Below are positions 39,301 to 52,500 of a stretch of 64,000 bases of DNA, piece by piece. Below the pieces are notes generated by a model that had not been told where the DNA came from, did no database searches, and was given only the letters and a program-made list of their open reading frames with translations. The DNA is from Haplodiscus bocki. Its lineage: Eukaryota. The first letter of the stretch is position 1; each line of letters opens with the position of its first letter. Location: the NCBI GenBank assembly GCA_965655095.1, contig OZ296652.1:57660001-57724000 (forward strand), read 5' to 3'. The translations under genes were made by a program, and so were the position numbers.

Positions 39301-42300
39301 GATCTCTATAGTATGCCTACTCAAAACTGAAGTCACTGCTGAACTAGCGTCTAAGAGACAAAGTATAAATTGTCAGAATCTCTCCCGAACGAATTCCATT
39401 TTCCAGGCTACATGGCTGAAATCGAAAAAACTATCAACGCAACTGGAAACCATATTCTGACAAACTGGAATTCTTTCACCCTGGCTAAGCAAGAAGTTAG
39501 CCAATTTTGGAGGTAGTTCTCAGAAAAGTAGGATTGTCACCGTATTAAACACATTACGAATTAGGCTGAAAAACTGAAGTTTTAAAGCTCAAAAAAACTC
39601 CATAACTCTTTGAACGGCAAAAAAATCATAGTGTGTGACACTCTGATTTATCTTGTTAAAATTCTGGAAAAACTAATCCATATTCGAAGCTAGACGTATG
39701 AGTACATAAATTCAAACAAGCTGAGTTTTCAGGTTCCTCTCTCGCAAAAATTGATCAAAAAAATTGAACTGAACCAAAAGTTATTTTACTGGAAACTCCT
39801 GTTTCCCTGTTCTTTTCGAGCCTTAAGTGTCAATGGCAGACATAGGTTCAGGATAAAAAACGAAACAATTGCAAAACCAAGAAATGCTGCAACCCCAACT
39901 TTTTTCGTCAAACAACCTATCGAATTGCTTCCAGAGCGACTCAAATACTTTTAGAGACAGACTGGAGTGTCATTGCTTCGCTATATGTAGTTTTTGCCAA
40001 TTGCAGAAGGACTTCCACGAGATCAAAAAAGGTTTAACCAAGTTTCTTGCTTAGTATCAAAAAACGCTGAATCTTGAGCTTTTTTCGCAAAAAGACTCAT
40101 GAAAACCTCTGGCCGCATGGAAAAACTCTCCGAAGAATGGAGCTTCATCTTTGTGTCTTATCCAATGTAGGATCAATCACAAAGATAGCTGCCAGTTGAT
40201 AGAAGACAAACTGAAGACATTTGATCGTAACAACTTCTTCGTTGGAACACTTTGAGGAACACTCGCATCAAACTTCATGCCCGCAACTAAACGATTTTAT
40301 CGGCAAAAAAGTTTTTCCTGCGATGGTTGTGCAAACTTGGGAGTCGTTTGCATACCTAGCGTCCAGGATAAAAGACTGGAAAATACGACGATCCTCATCA
40401 AAGCCTGAAAAATCTAACAATTGAGCCTTCAGCGGAAATCGGTCCTTGGTTTTTTTGCCAGCAACAATAAGCGTTCTTCTGATGAAAGGCCTTACCAGTA
40501 CGCACATGTGAAACTTTAGTCGCTTGGAGACCAATTTCACAGGGAAAAAAATCAGAATTTTCCCTAATGTCTTCATTAAAGCCAGAAATTGCTGAGTTTT
40601 CGAAAGTATTCTGCAAAACAACTCATACAATATTGTTAACATCAACTGGAACTGTTTCTCTGAAACAACGATCTCTATAGTATACCTACTCAAAACTGAA
40701 GTCACTGGCTGAACTAGCGTCTAAGAGACAAAGTATAAATTGGCAAAATCTCTCCCGAACGAATTCTATTTTCCAGGCTACATGGCTAAAATCGAAAAAA
40801 CTATCAACGCAACTGGAAACCACATTCTGACAAACTGGAATTCTTTCACCCTGGCTAAGCAAGAAGTTAGCCAATTTCAGAGGCAGTTCTCAGAAAAGTA
40901 GGATTGTCACCGTAATAAACACATTACGAAGTAGGCTGAAAAACTGAAGTTTTAAAGCTCAAAAAAACTCCATAACTCTTTGAACGGCAAAAAAATCATA
41001 GTGTGTGACACTCTGATTTATCTTGTTAAACTTCTGGAAAAACTGATCCATATTCGAAGCTAGACGTATGAGTACATGAATTCAAACAAGATGAGTTTTC
41101 AGGTTCCTCTCTCGCAAAAAATGATCCAAAAAAATGAACTGAACCAAAAGTTATTTTACTGGAAACTTCTGTTTCCCTGTTCTTTTCGAGCCTTAAGTGT
41201 CAATTGCAGACATAGGTTCAGCATATAAAACGAAACAATTGCAAAACCAAGAAATGCTGCAACCCCAACTTTTTCCGTCAAACATCCTATCGATTTGCTT
41301 CCACAGCGACTCACATACTTTTAGAGACAGATTGGAGTGTCATTGCTTCGCTATGTGAAGTTTTTGCCAATTGCAGAAGGACTTCCACGAGATCAAAAAA
41401 GATTTAACCAAGTTTTTGCTTAGTATCAAAAAACGCTGAATCTTGAGCTTTTTTCGCAGAAAGACTCATGAAAACCTCTGGCCGCATGGAAAAACTCTCC
41501 GAAGAATGGAGCTTCATCTTTGTGTCTTATCCAATGTAGGATCAATCACAAAGATAGCTGCCAGTTGATAGAAGACAAACTGAAGACATTTGATCGTAAC
41601 AACTTCTTCGTTGGAGCAATTTGAGGAACACTCGCATCAAACTTCATGCCCGCAACTAAACGATTTTATCGGCAAAAAAGTTTTTCCTGCGATGGTTGTG
41701 CAAACTTGGGAGTCGTTTGCATACCTAGCGTCCAGGATAAAAGACTGGAAAATACGACGATCCTCATCAAAGCCTGAAAAATCTAAGAATTGAGCCTTCA
41801 GCGGAAATCGGTCCTTGGTTTTTTTGCCAGCAACAATAAGCGTTCTTCTGATGAAAGGCCTTACCAGTACGCACATGTGAAACTATAGTCGCTTGGAGAC
41901 CAATTTCACAGGGAAAAAAATCAGAACTTTCCGTAATGTCTTCATTAAAGCCAGAAATTGCTGAGTTTTCGAAAGTATTCTGCAAAACAACTCATACAAT
42001 ATTGTTAACATCAAATGGAACTGTTTCTTTGAAACAACGATCTCTATAGTATACCCACTCAAAACTGAAGTCACTGGCTGAACTAGCGTCTAAGAGACAA
42101 AGTATAAATTGGCAAAATCTCCCCGAACGAATTCTATTTTCCAGGCTACATGGCTAAAATCGAAAAAACTATCAACGCAACTGGAAACCACATTCTGAAA
42201 AACTGGAATTCTTTCACCCTGGCTAAGCAAGAAGTTAGCCAATTTCAGAGGTAGTTCTCAGAAAAGTAGGATTGTCACCGTAATAAACACATTACGAAAT

Positions 42301-45300
42301 AGGCTGAAAAACTGAAGTTTTAAAGCTCAAAAAAACTCCATAACTCTTTGAACGGCAAAAAAATCATAGTGTGTGACACTCTGATTTATCTTGTTAAACT
42401 TCTGGAAAAACTGATCCATATTCGAAGCTAGACGTATGAGTACATGAATTCAAACAAGATGAGTTTTCAGGTTCCTCTCTCGCAAAAATTGATCAAAAAA
42501 ATTGAACTGAACCAAAAGTTATTTTACTGGAAACTTCTGTTTCCCTGTTCTTTTCGAGCCTTAAGTGTCAATTGCAGACATAGGTTCAGGATATAAAACG
42601 AAACAATTGCAAAACCAAGAAATGCTGCAACCCCAACTGTTTCCGTCAAACATCCTATCGAATTGCTTCCACAGCGACTCAAATACTTTTAGAGACAGAT
42701 TGGAGTGTCATTGCTTCGCTATGTGAAGTTTTTGCCAATTGCAGAAGGACTTCCACGAGATCAAAAAAGATTTAACCAAGTTTCTTGCTTAGTATCAAAA
42801 AACGCTGAATCTTGAGCTTTTTTCGCAAAAAGACTCATGAAAACCTCTGGCCGCATGGAAAAACTCTCCGAAGAATGGAGCTTCATCTTTGTGTCTTATC
42901 CAATGTAGGACCAATCACAAAGATAGCTGCCAGTTGATAGAAGACAAACTGACGAGATTTGATCGTAACAACTTCTTCGTTGGAGCACTTTGAGGAACAC
43001 TCGCATCACAAACTTCATGCCCGCAACTAAACGATTTTATCTGCAAAAAAGTTTTTCCTGCGATGGTTGTGCAAACTTGGGAGTCGTTTGCATAACTAGC
43101 GTCCAGGATAAAAGACTGGAAAATACGACGATCCTCATCAAAGCCTGAAAAATCTAAGAATTGAGCCTTCAGCGGAAATCGGTCCTTGGTTTTTTTGCCC
43201 GCAACAATAAAGGTTCTTCTGATGAAAGGCCTTACCAGTACGCACATGTGAAACTTTAGTCGCTTGGAGACCAATTTCATAGGGAAAAGAAATCAGAATT
43301 TTCCGTGATGTCTTCATTAAAGCCAGAAATTGCTGAGTCTTTGAAAGTATTCCGCAAAACAACTCAAATAATATTGTTAACATCAACTGGAACTGTTTCT
43401 CTGAAACAACGATCACTATAGTATGCCTACTCAAAACTGAAGTCACTGGCTGAACTAGCATCTAAGAGACAAAGTATAAATTGGCAAAATCTCTCCCGAA
43501 CGTATTCTATTTTCCAGGCTACATGGCTAAAATCGAAAAAACTATAAACGCAACTGGAAACCACATTCTGACAAACTGGAATTCTTTCACCCTGGTTAAG
43601 CAAGAAGTTAGCCAATTTTAGAGGTAGTTCTCAGAAAAGTAGGATTGTAACCGTATTGAACACATCAAGAGGTAGGCTGAAAAACAGAAAACTTTCAGAG
43701 CTCAAAAAAACTCCATAACTCTTTGAACGGCAAAAAAATCATAGTGTGTGACACTCTGATTTATCTTGTTAAACTTCTGGAAAAACTGATCCATATTCGA
43801 AGCTAGACGTATGAGTACATGAATCCAAACAATATGAGTTTTCAGGTTCCTCTCCCGTAAAAATTGATCAAAAAAATTGAACTGAACCAAAAGTTATTTT
43901 ACTGGAAACTTCTGTTTCCCTGTTCTGTTCGAGCCTTAAGTGTCAATTGCAGACATAGGTTCAGCATATAAAACGAAACAATTGCAAAACCAAGAAATGC
44001 TGCAACCCCAACTTTTTCCGTCAAACATCCTATCGAATTGCTTCCACAGCGACTCAAATACTTTTAGAGACAGATTGGAGTGTCATTGCTTCGCTATGTG
44101 AAGTTTTTGCCAATTGCAGAAGGACTTCCACGAGATCAAAAAAGATTTAACCAAGTTTCTTGCTTAGTATCAAAAAACGATGAATCTTGAGCTTTTTTTG
44201 CAAAAAGACTCATGAAAACCTCTGGCCGCATGGAAAAACTCTCCGAAGAATGGAGCTTCATCTTTGTGTCTTATCCAATGTAGGACCAATCACAAAGATA
44301 GCTGCCAGTTGATAGAAGACAAACTGACGAGATTTGATCGTAACAACTTCTTCGTTGGAGCACTTTGAGGAACACTCGCATCACAAACTTCATGCCCGCA
44401 ACTAAACGATTTTATCTGCAAAAAAGTTTTTCCTGCGATGGTTGTGCAAACTTGGGAGTCGTTTGCATACCTAGCGTCCAGGATAAAAGACTGGAAAATA
44501 CGACGATCCTCATCAAAGCCTGAAAAATCTAAGAATTGAGCCTTCAGCGGAAATCGGTCCTTGGTTTTTTTGCCCGCAACAATAAGGGTTCTTCTGATGA
44601 AAGGCCTTAGCAGTACGCACATGTGAAACTTTAGTCGCTTGGAGACCAATTTCATAGGGAAAAGAAATCAGAATTTTCCGTAATGTCTTCATTAAAGCCA
44701 GAAACTGCTGAGTCTTTGAAAGTATTCCGCAAAACAACTCAAACAATATTGTTAACATCAACTGGAACTGTTTCTCTGAAACAACGATCACTATAGTATG
44801 CCTACTCAAAACTGAAGTCACTGGCTGAACTAGCGTCTAAGAGACAAAGTATAAATTGGCAAAATCTCTCCCGAACGTATTCTATTTTCCAGGCTACATG
44901 GCTAAAATCGAAAAAAACTATAAACGCAACTGGAAACCACATTCTGACAAACTGGAATTCTTTCACCCTGGTTAAGCAAGAAGTTAGCCAATTTTAGAGG
45001 TAGTTCTCAGAAAAGTAGGATTGTAACCGTATTGAACACATCAAGATGTAGGCTGAAAAACTGAAAACTTTCAGAGCTCAAAAAAACTCCATAACTCTTT
45101 GAACGGCAAAAAAATCGTAGTGTGTGACACTCTGATTTATCTTGTTAAACTTCTGGAAAAACTGATCCATATTCGAAGCTAGACGTATGAGTACATAAAT
45201 TCAAACAAGCTGAGTTTTCAGGTTCCTCTCTCGCAAAAATTGATCAAAAAAATTGAACTGAACCAAAAGTTATTTTACTGGAAACTTCTTTTTCCCTGTT

Positions 45301-48300
45301 CTGTTCGAGCCTTAAGTGTCAATTGCAGACATAGGTTCTGCATATAAAACCAAATATTTGCAAAACCAAGAAATGCTGCAACCCCAACTTTTTCCGTCAA
45401 ACATCCTTTCGAATTGCTTCCACAGCGACTCAAAAACTTTTAGAGACATATTGGAGTGTCATTGCTTCGCTATGTGAAGTTTTTGCCAATTGCAGAAGGA
45501 CTTCCACGAGATCAAAAAAGATTTAACCAAGTTTCTTGCTTAGTATCAAAAAACGCTGAATCTTGAGCTTTTTTCGCAAAAAGACTCATGAAAACCTCTG
45601 GCCGCATGGAAAAACTCTCCGAAGAATGGAGCTTCATCTTTGTGTCTTATCCAATGTAGGACCAATCATAAAGATAGCTGCCAGTTGATAGAAAACAAAC
45701 TGACGAGATTTGATCGTAACAACTTCTTCGTTGGAGCACTTTGAGGAACACTCGCATCACAAACTTCATGCCCGCAACTAAACGATTTTATCTGCAAAAA
45801 AGTTTTTCCTGCGATGGTTGTGCAAACTTGGGAGTCGTTTGCATACCTAGCGTCCAGGATAAAAGACTGGAAAATAAGGCGATCCTCATCAAAGCCTGAA
45901 AAATCTAAGAATTGAGCCTTCAGCGGAAATCGGTCCTTGGTTTTTTTGCCCGCAACAATAAGGGTTCTTCTGATGAAAGGCCTTACCAGTACGCACATGT
46001 GAAACTTTAGTCGCTTGGAGACCAATTTCACAGGGAAAAGAAATCAGAATTTTCCCTAATGTCTTCATTAAAGCCAGAAATTGCTGAGTTTTTGAAAGTA
46101 TTCCGCAAAACAACTCAAATAATATTGTTAACATCAACTGGAACTGTTTCTCTGAAACAACGATCTCTATAGTATGCCTACTCAAAACTGAAGTCACTGG
46201 CTGAACTAGCGTCTAAGAGACAAAGTATAAATTGGCAAAATCTCTCCCGAACGAATTCTATTTTCCAGGCTACATGGCTAAAATCGAGAAAACTATAAAC
46301 GCAAATGGAAACCACATTCTGACAAACTGGAATTCTTTCACCCTGGTTAAGCAAGAAGTTAGCCAATTTTAGAGGTAGTTCTCAGAAAAGTAGGATTGTA
46401 ACCGTATTGAACACATCAAGAGGTAGGCTGAAAAACTGAAAACTTTCAGAGCTCAAAAAAACTCCATAACTCTTTGAACGGCAAAAAAATCGTAGTGTGT
46501 GACACTCTAATTTATCTTGTTAAACTTCTGGAAAAACCGATCCATATTCGAAGCTAGACGTATGAGTACATAAATTCAAACAAGCTGAGTTTTCAGGTTC
46601 CTCTCTCGCAAAAAATTGATCAATAAAATTGAACTGAACCAAAAGTTATTTTACTGGAAACGTCTGTTTCCCTGTTCTGTTCGAGCCTTAAGTGTCAATT
46701 GCAGACATAGGTTCAGCATATAAAACGAAACAATTGCAAAACCAAGAAAGGCTGCAACCCCAACTTTTTTCGTCAAACAACCTATCGAATTGCTTCCAGA
46801 GCGACTCAAATACTTTTAGAGACAGACTGGAGTGTCATTGCTTCGCTATGTGTAGTTTTTGCCAATTGCAGAAGGACTTCCACGAGATCAAAAAAGGTTT
46901 AACCAAGTTTCTTGCTTAGTATCAAAAAACGCTGAATCTTGAGCTTTTTTCGCAAAAAGACTCATGAAAACCTCTGGCCGCATGGAAAAACTCTCCGAAG
47001 AATGGAGCTTCATCTTTGTGTCTTATCCAATGTAGGATCAATCACAAAGATAGCTGCCAGTTGATAGAAGACAAACTGAAGACATTTGATCGTAACAACT
47101 TCTTCGTTGGAGCACTTTGAGGAACACTCGCATCAAAATTCATGCCCGCAACTAAACGATTTTATCGGCAAAAAAGTTTTTCCTGCGATGGTTGTGCAAA
47201 CTTGGGAGTCGTTTGCATACCTAGCGTCCAGGATAAAAGACTGGAAAATACGACGATCCTCATCAAAGCCTGAAAAATCTAAGAATTGAGCCTTCAGCGG
47301 AAATCGGTCCTTGATTTTATTGCCAGCAACAATAAGCGTTCTTCTGATGAAAGGCCTTACCAGTACGCACATGTGAAACTTTAGTCGCTTGGAGACCAAT
47401 TTCACAGGGAAAAAAATCAGAATTTTCCGTAATGTCTTCATTAAAGCCAGAAACTGCTGAGTTTTCGAAAGTATTCTGCAAAACAACTCATACAACATTG
47501 TTAACATCAACTGGAACTGTTTCTCTAAAACAACGATCTCTATAGTATGCCTACTCAAAACTGAAGTCACTGGCTGAACTAGCGTCTAAGAGACAAAGTA
47601 TAAATTGGCAAAATCTCTCCCGAACGAATTCTATTTTCCAGGCTACATGGCTAAAATCGAAAAAACTATCAACGCAACTGGAAACCACATTCTGACAAAC
47701 TGGAATTCTTTCACCCTGGCTAAGCAAGAAGTTAGCCAATTTCAGAGGTAGTTCTCAGAAAAGTAGGATTGTCACCGTAATAAACACATTACGAAGTAGG
47801 CTGAAAAACTGAAGTTTTAAAGCTCAAAAAAACTCGATAACTCTTTGAACGGCAAAAAAATCACAGTGTGTGACACTCTGATTTATCTTGTTAAACTTCT
47901 GGAAAAACTGATCCATATTGGAAGCTAGACGTATGAGTACATGAATTCAAACAAGATGAGTTTTCAGGTTCCTCTCTCGCAAAAAATGATCAAAAAAATT
48001 GAACTGAACCAAAAGTTATTTCACTGGAAACTTCTGTTTCCCTGTTCTGTTCGAGCCTTAAGTGTCAATTGCAGACATAGGTTCAGCATATAAAACGAAA
48101 CAATTGCAAAACCAAGAAAGGCTGCAACCCCAACTTTTTCCGTCAAACATCCTATCGAATTGCTTCCACAGCGACTCAAATACTTTTAGAGACAGATTGG
48201 AGTGTCATTGCTTCGCTATGTGAAGTTTTTGCCAATTGCAGAAGGACTTCCACGAGATCAAAAACGATTTAACCAAGTTTCTTGCTAAGTATCAAAAAGC

Positions 48301-49540
48301 GCTGAATCTTGAGCTTTTTTCGCAAAAAGACTCATGAAAACCTCTGGCCGCATGGAAAAACTCTCCGAAGAATGGAGCTTCATCTTTGTGTCTTATCCAA
48401 TGTAGGATCAATCACAAAGATAGCAGCCAGTTGATAGAAGACAAACTGACGAGCTTTGATCGTAACAACTTCTTCGTGGCAGCACTTTGAGGAACACTCG
48501 CATCACAAACTTCATGCCCGCAACTAAACGATTTTATCGGCAAAAAATTTTTTCCTGCGATGGTTGTGCAAACTTGGGAGTCGTTTGCATACCTAGCGTC
48601 CAGGATAAAAGACTGGAAAATACGACGATCCTCATCAAAGCCTGAAAAATCTAAGAATTGAGCCTTCAGCGGAAATCGGTCCTTGGTTTTTTTGCCCGCA
48701 ACAATAAGGGTTCTTCTGATGAAAGGCCTTACCAGTACGCACATGTGAAACTTTGGTCGCTTGGAGACCAATTTCACAGGGAAAAAAATCAGAATTTTCC
48801 GTAATGTCTTCATCAAAGCCAGAAATTGCTGAGTTTTCGAAAGTATTCTGCAAAACAACTCATACAATATTGTTAACATCAACTGGAACTGTTTCTCTGA
48901 AACAACGATCTCTATAGTATGCCTACTCAAAACTGAAGTCACTGGCTGAACTAGCGTCTAAGAGACAAAGTATAAATTGGCAAAATCTCTCCCGAACGAA
49001 TTCTTTTTTCCAGGCTACATGGCTAAAATCGAAAATACTATCAACGCAACTGGAAACCACATTCTGACAAACTGGAATTCTTTCACCCTGGCTAAGCAAG
49101 AAGTTAGCCAATTTCCGAGGTAGTTCTCAGAAAAGTAGGATTGTCACCGTATTAAACACATTACGAAGTAGGCTGAAAAACTGAAGTTTTAAAGCTCAAA
49201 AAAACTCCATAACTCTTTGAACGGCAAAAAAATCATAGTGTGTGACACTCTGATTTATCTTGTTAATTTTCTGGAAAAACTGATCCATATTCGAAGCTAG
49301 ACGTATGAGTACATAAATTCAAACAAGCTGAGTTTTCAGGTTCCTCTCTCGCAAAAGTTGATCAATAAAATTGAACTGAACGAAAAGTTATTTTACTGGC
49401 AAAATCTGTTTCCCTGTTCTTTTCGAGCCTTAAGTGTCAATTGCAGACATAGGTTCAGGATATAAAACGAAATAATTGCAAAACCAAGAAATGCTGCAAC
49501 CCCAACTTTTTCCGTCAAAAATCCTATCGAATTGCTTCCA
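21381..49540. repeat. Homogeneous core subfamily, ~20 units, period 1364-1376 bp
   Basis: Anchor spacings from 21902 to 49321 are all 1364-1376. Diagnostic strings are gatcaaaaaagatttaaccaag, gctagacgtatgag, ccttaagtgtcaa and atataaaacgaaac. Confidence 0.93.
24765..26135. repeat. Example HOR unit (core type) made of the same 8 monomers
   Basis: Motif starts at 24765 (gcagacatagg), 24932 (gcagaaggacttcc), 25108 (acagagatagctgcc), 25281 (gcatacgtagcgtcc), 25457 (ggagaccaatttc), 25639 (gctgaactagcgtc), 25808 (ttagagttagttctc) and 25972 (actgatccatattc). The next M1 is at 26136. Confidence 0.85.
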
Positions 49541-52500
49541 CAGTGACTCAAATATTTTTAGAGACAGATTGGAGTGTCATTGCTTCGCTATGTGAAGTTT
49601 GTGCTAATTGCAGAAAGACTTCCACGAGATCAAGTACGGTTTAACGAAGTTTCTTGCTTAGTACCGAAAAAAAACGCTGAATCTGAAGCTTTTTTTTCGC
49701 AAAAAGACTCATCAAAACCTCTGGCCGCATGGAAAAACTTTACCAGGAATGGAGCTTCATCTTTATGTCTTATCCAATGTAGGATCATTCACAGAGATAG
49801 CTGCCAGTTGATACAAGACGAACTGACGATAATTGATCGTAACAAATTCTTCGTTGGAGGACTTTGAGGAACACTCGCATCACAAACTTCATGCCCGCAA
49901 CTAAACGATTTTATCGGCAAAAAAGTTTTTCCTGCGATGGTTGTGCAAACTTGGGAGTCGTTTGCATAACTAGCGTCCAGGATAAAAGACTGGAAAACAT
50001 GACGCTCATCATCGAAGCCTGAAAAATCTAAGACTTGAGCCTTCAGCGGAAATCGGTCCTGGAATTGTTCGCCCGCAACAATAAAGGTTCTTCTGATGAA
50101 AGGCCTTACCAGTACGCACATGTGATAATTTAGTCGCTTGGAGACCAATTTTCCAGTAAAGAAAATCAGAATTTTCCGTAATGTCTGCAATAAAGCCAGA
50201 AATTGCTGACTTTTCGAAAGTATTCTGCAAAACAACTCATAGAATATTGTCAACATCAACTGGAACTGTTTCTCTCAAACAACGATCTTCAGTACGCCTA
50301 CTCAAAACTGATGTCACTGGCTGAACCAGCGTCTAAGAGACAAAGTATAAATTGGCGAAATCTCTCCCGGACGAATTCTATTTTCCAGGCTACATGGCTG
50401 AAATCGAAAGAACTATGACCTCAACTGAAAACCACATTCTGACAATCTGGAATTCTTTCACCCTGGCTAAACAAGAATTTAGCCCATTTCAGAGGTAGTT
50501 CTAAGGAAAGTACGATTGTCACCGTATTAGACACATTACGAAGTGGGCTGAAAAACTGAAAACTTTCATAGCTCAAAAAGAATTCCACAACTCTTTGAAC
50601 GGCAAAAAAACATAGTGTGTGACACTCTGATTTATCTTGTTAAACTTCTGGAAAAACTGATCCATATGCGAAGTTAGACGTTGAGTGTATGAGTACCTAA
50701 ATTCAAATAAGCTGAGTTTTCAGGTTCCTCTATCGCAAAAATTAATCAATAAAATTGAACTGAACCAAAAGTTATTTTACTGGAAACTTCTGTTTCCCTA
50801 TTCTTTTCGAGCCTTAACTGTGTCAATTGCACACCTAGGTTCAGGATATAAAACGAAACAATTGCAAAACCAAGCAATGCTGCAACTCCAACTTTTTCCG
50901 TCAAAAATCCTGTCAAATTGTTTCCACAGCGACTGAAATACTTTTAGAGACATATTGGAGTGTCATTGCTTCGCTATGTGAAGTTTTTGCCATATGCAGA
51001 AGGACTTCCAGGAGATCAAATACGATTTAACGAAGTTTCTTGCTTAGTATCAAAAAACCGTTGAATTTAAAGCTTTTTTTCGCAAGAAGACTCATCAAAA
51101 CGTCTGGCCGCATGGAAAAACTTTCTCAAGAATGGAGCTTCATCTTTATGTCTTATCCAATGTAGCATCATTCGCAGAGATAGCTGCCAGTTGATAGAAG
51201 ACAAATTGACGAAACTTGATCGTAACAAGTTCTTAGCTGGAGCACTTTGAGGAACACTCGCTTGGTAAATTTTATGCCCGCAACTAAACGAGTTTATCCG
51301 CAAAAAAAGGTTTTCCTGCGATGGTTGTGCAAACCTGGTAGTCACATGCATACCTAGCGTCCAGGATAAAAGACTGGAAAATACGACGATCCTCATCAAA
51401 GCCTGAAAAATCTAAGATTTGAGCCTTCAGCGGAAATCGGTCCTTGGTTTGTTTGCCCACAACAATAAAAGTTCTTCTGATCAAAAGCCTTACCAGTACG
51501 CCCATGTGAACGTTTTGTCACTTGGAGACCCATTTCCCAGGAAAAAAAAATCAGAATTTTCCGTAATGTCTTCATTAAAGCCAGAAAGTGCTGAGTTTTC
51601 GAAAGTATTCTGCAAAACAACTCATACATATTGTTAACATCAACTGGAACTGTTTCTCTGAAACAACGATCTCTTTAGTACGCCTACTCAAGACTCAAGT
51701 CACCGGCTGAACTAGCGTCTCAGAGACAAAGTAAAAATTGGCAAAATCTCTCCCAAACGAATTCTGTTCTCCAGGCTACATGGCTAAAATCGAAAGAACT
51801 ATGACAGCAACTGAAAACCACATTCTGACAAACTGGAATTCTTTCACCATGGCTAAGCAAGAATTTGGCCAAGTTTAGAGGTAGTTCTCAGAACAGTAAG
51901 ATGTTCACCGTATTAAACACATTAAGAGGTAGGGGGAAAAACTGAAAACTTTCATAGCTCAAAAAGAATTCCACAACTCTTTGAACGGCAAAAAAACATA
52001 GTGTGTGACACTCTGATTTATCTTGTTAAACTTCTGGAAAAACTGATCCATATGCGAAGTTAGACGTTGAGTGTTTGAGTACCTAAATTCAAATAAGCTG
52101 AGTTTTTAGGTTCCTCTATCGCAAAAAATAATCAATAAAATTGAGCTGAACCAAAAGTTATTTTACTGGAAACTTCTGTTTCCCTATTCTTTTCGAGCCT
52201 TAACTGTGTCAATTGCACACCTAGGTTCAGGATATAAAACGAAACAATTGCAAAACCAAGGAAAGCTGCAACTCCAACTTTTTCCGTCAAACATTCTATC
52301 GAATTGTTTCCACAGCGACTGAAATACTTTTAGACATATTGGAGTGTCATTGCTTCGCTATGTGAAGTTTTCGCCATATGCAGAAGGACTTCCAGGAGAT
52401 CAAGTACGATTTAACAAAGTTTCTTGCTTAGTATCAGAAAACCGCTGAATCTAAAGCTTTTTTTCGCAAGAAGACTCATCAAAACGTCTGGCCGTATGGA

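Noticed and set aside
22365-48942. Recurrent 176-aa minus-strand ORF (MTSVLSRHTIEIVVSEKQFQLML...) as a tandem gene family
   Set aside because: It starts at a non-ATG codon, has no motif I recognise, and is frameshifted at homopolymer runs in many copies (121, 136, 145 and 146 aa versions fused to different frames). It is not preserved in A or E, and overlapping ORFs occur in other frames on both strands. Repetition reflects DNA identity only; a dN/dS test and profile search would settle it.
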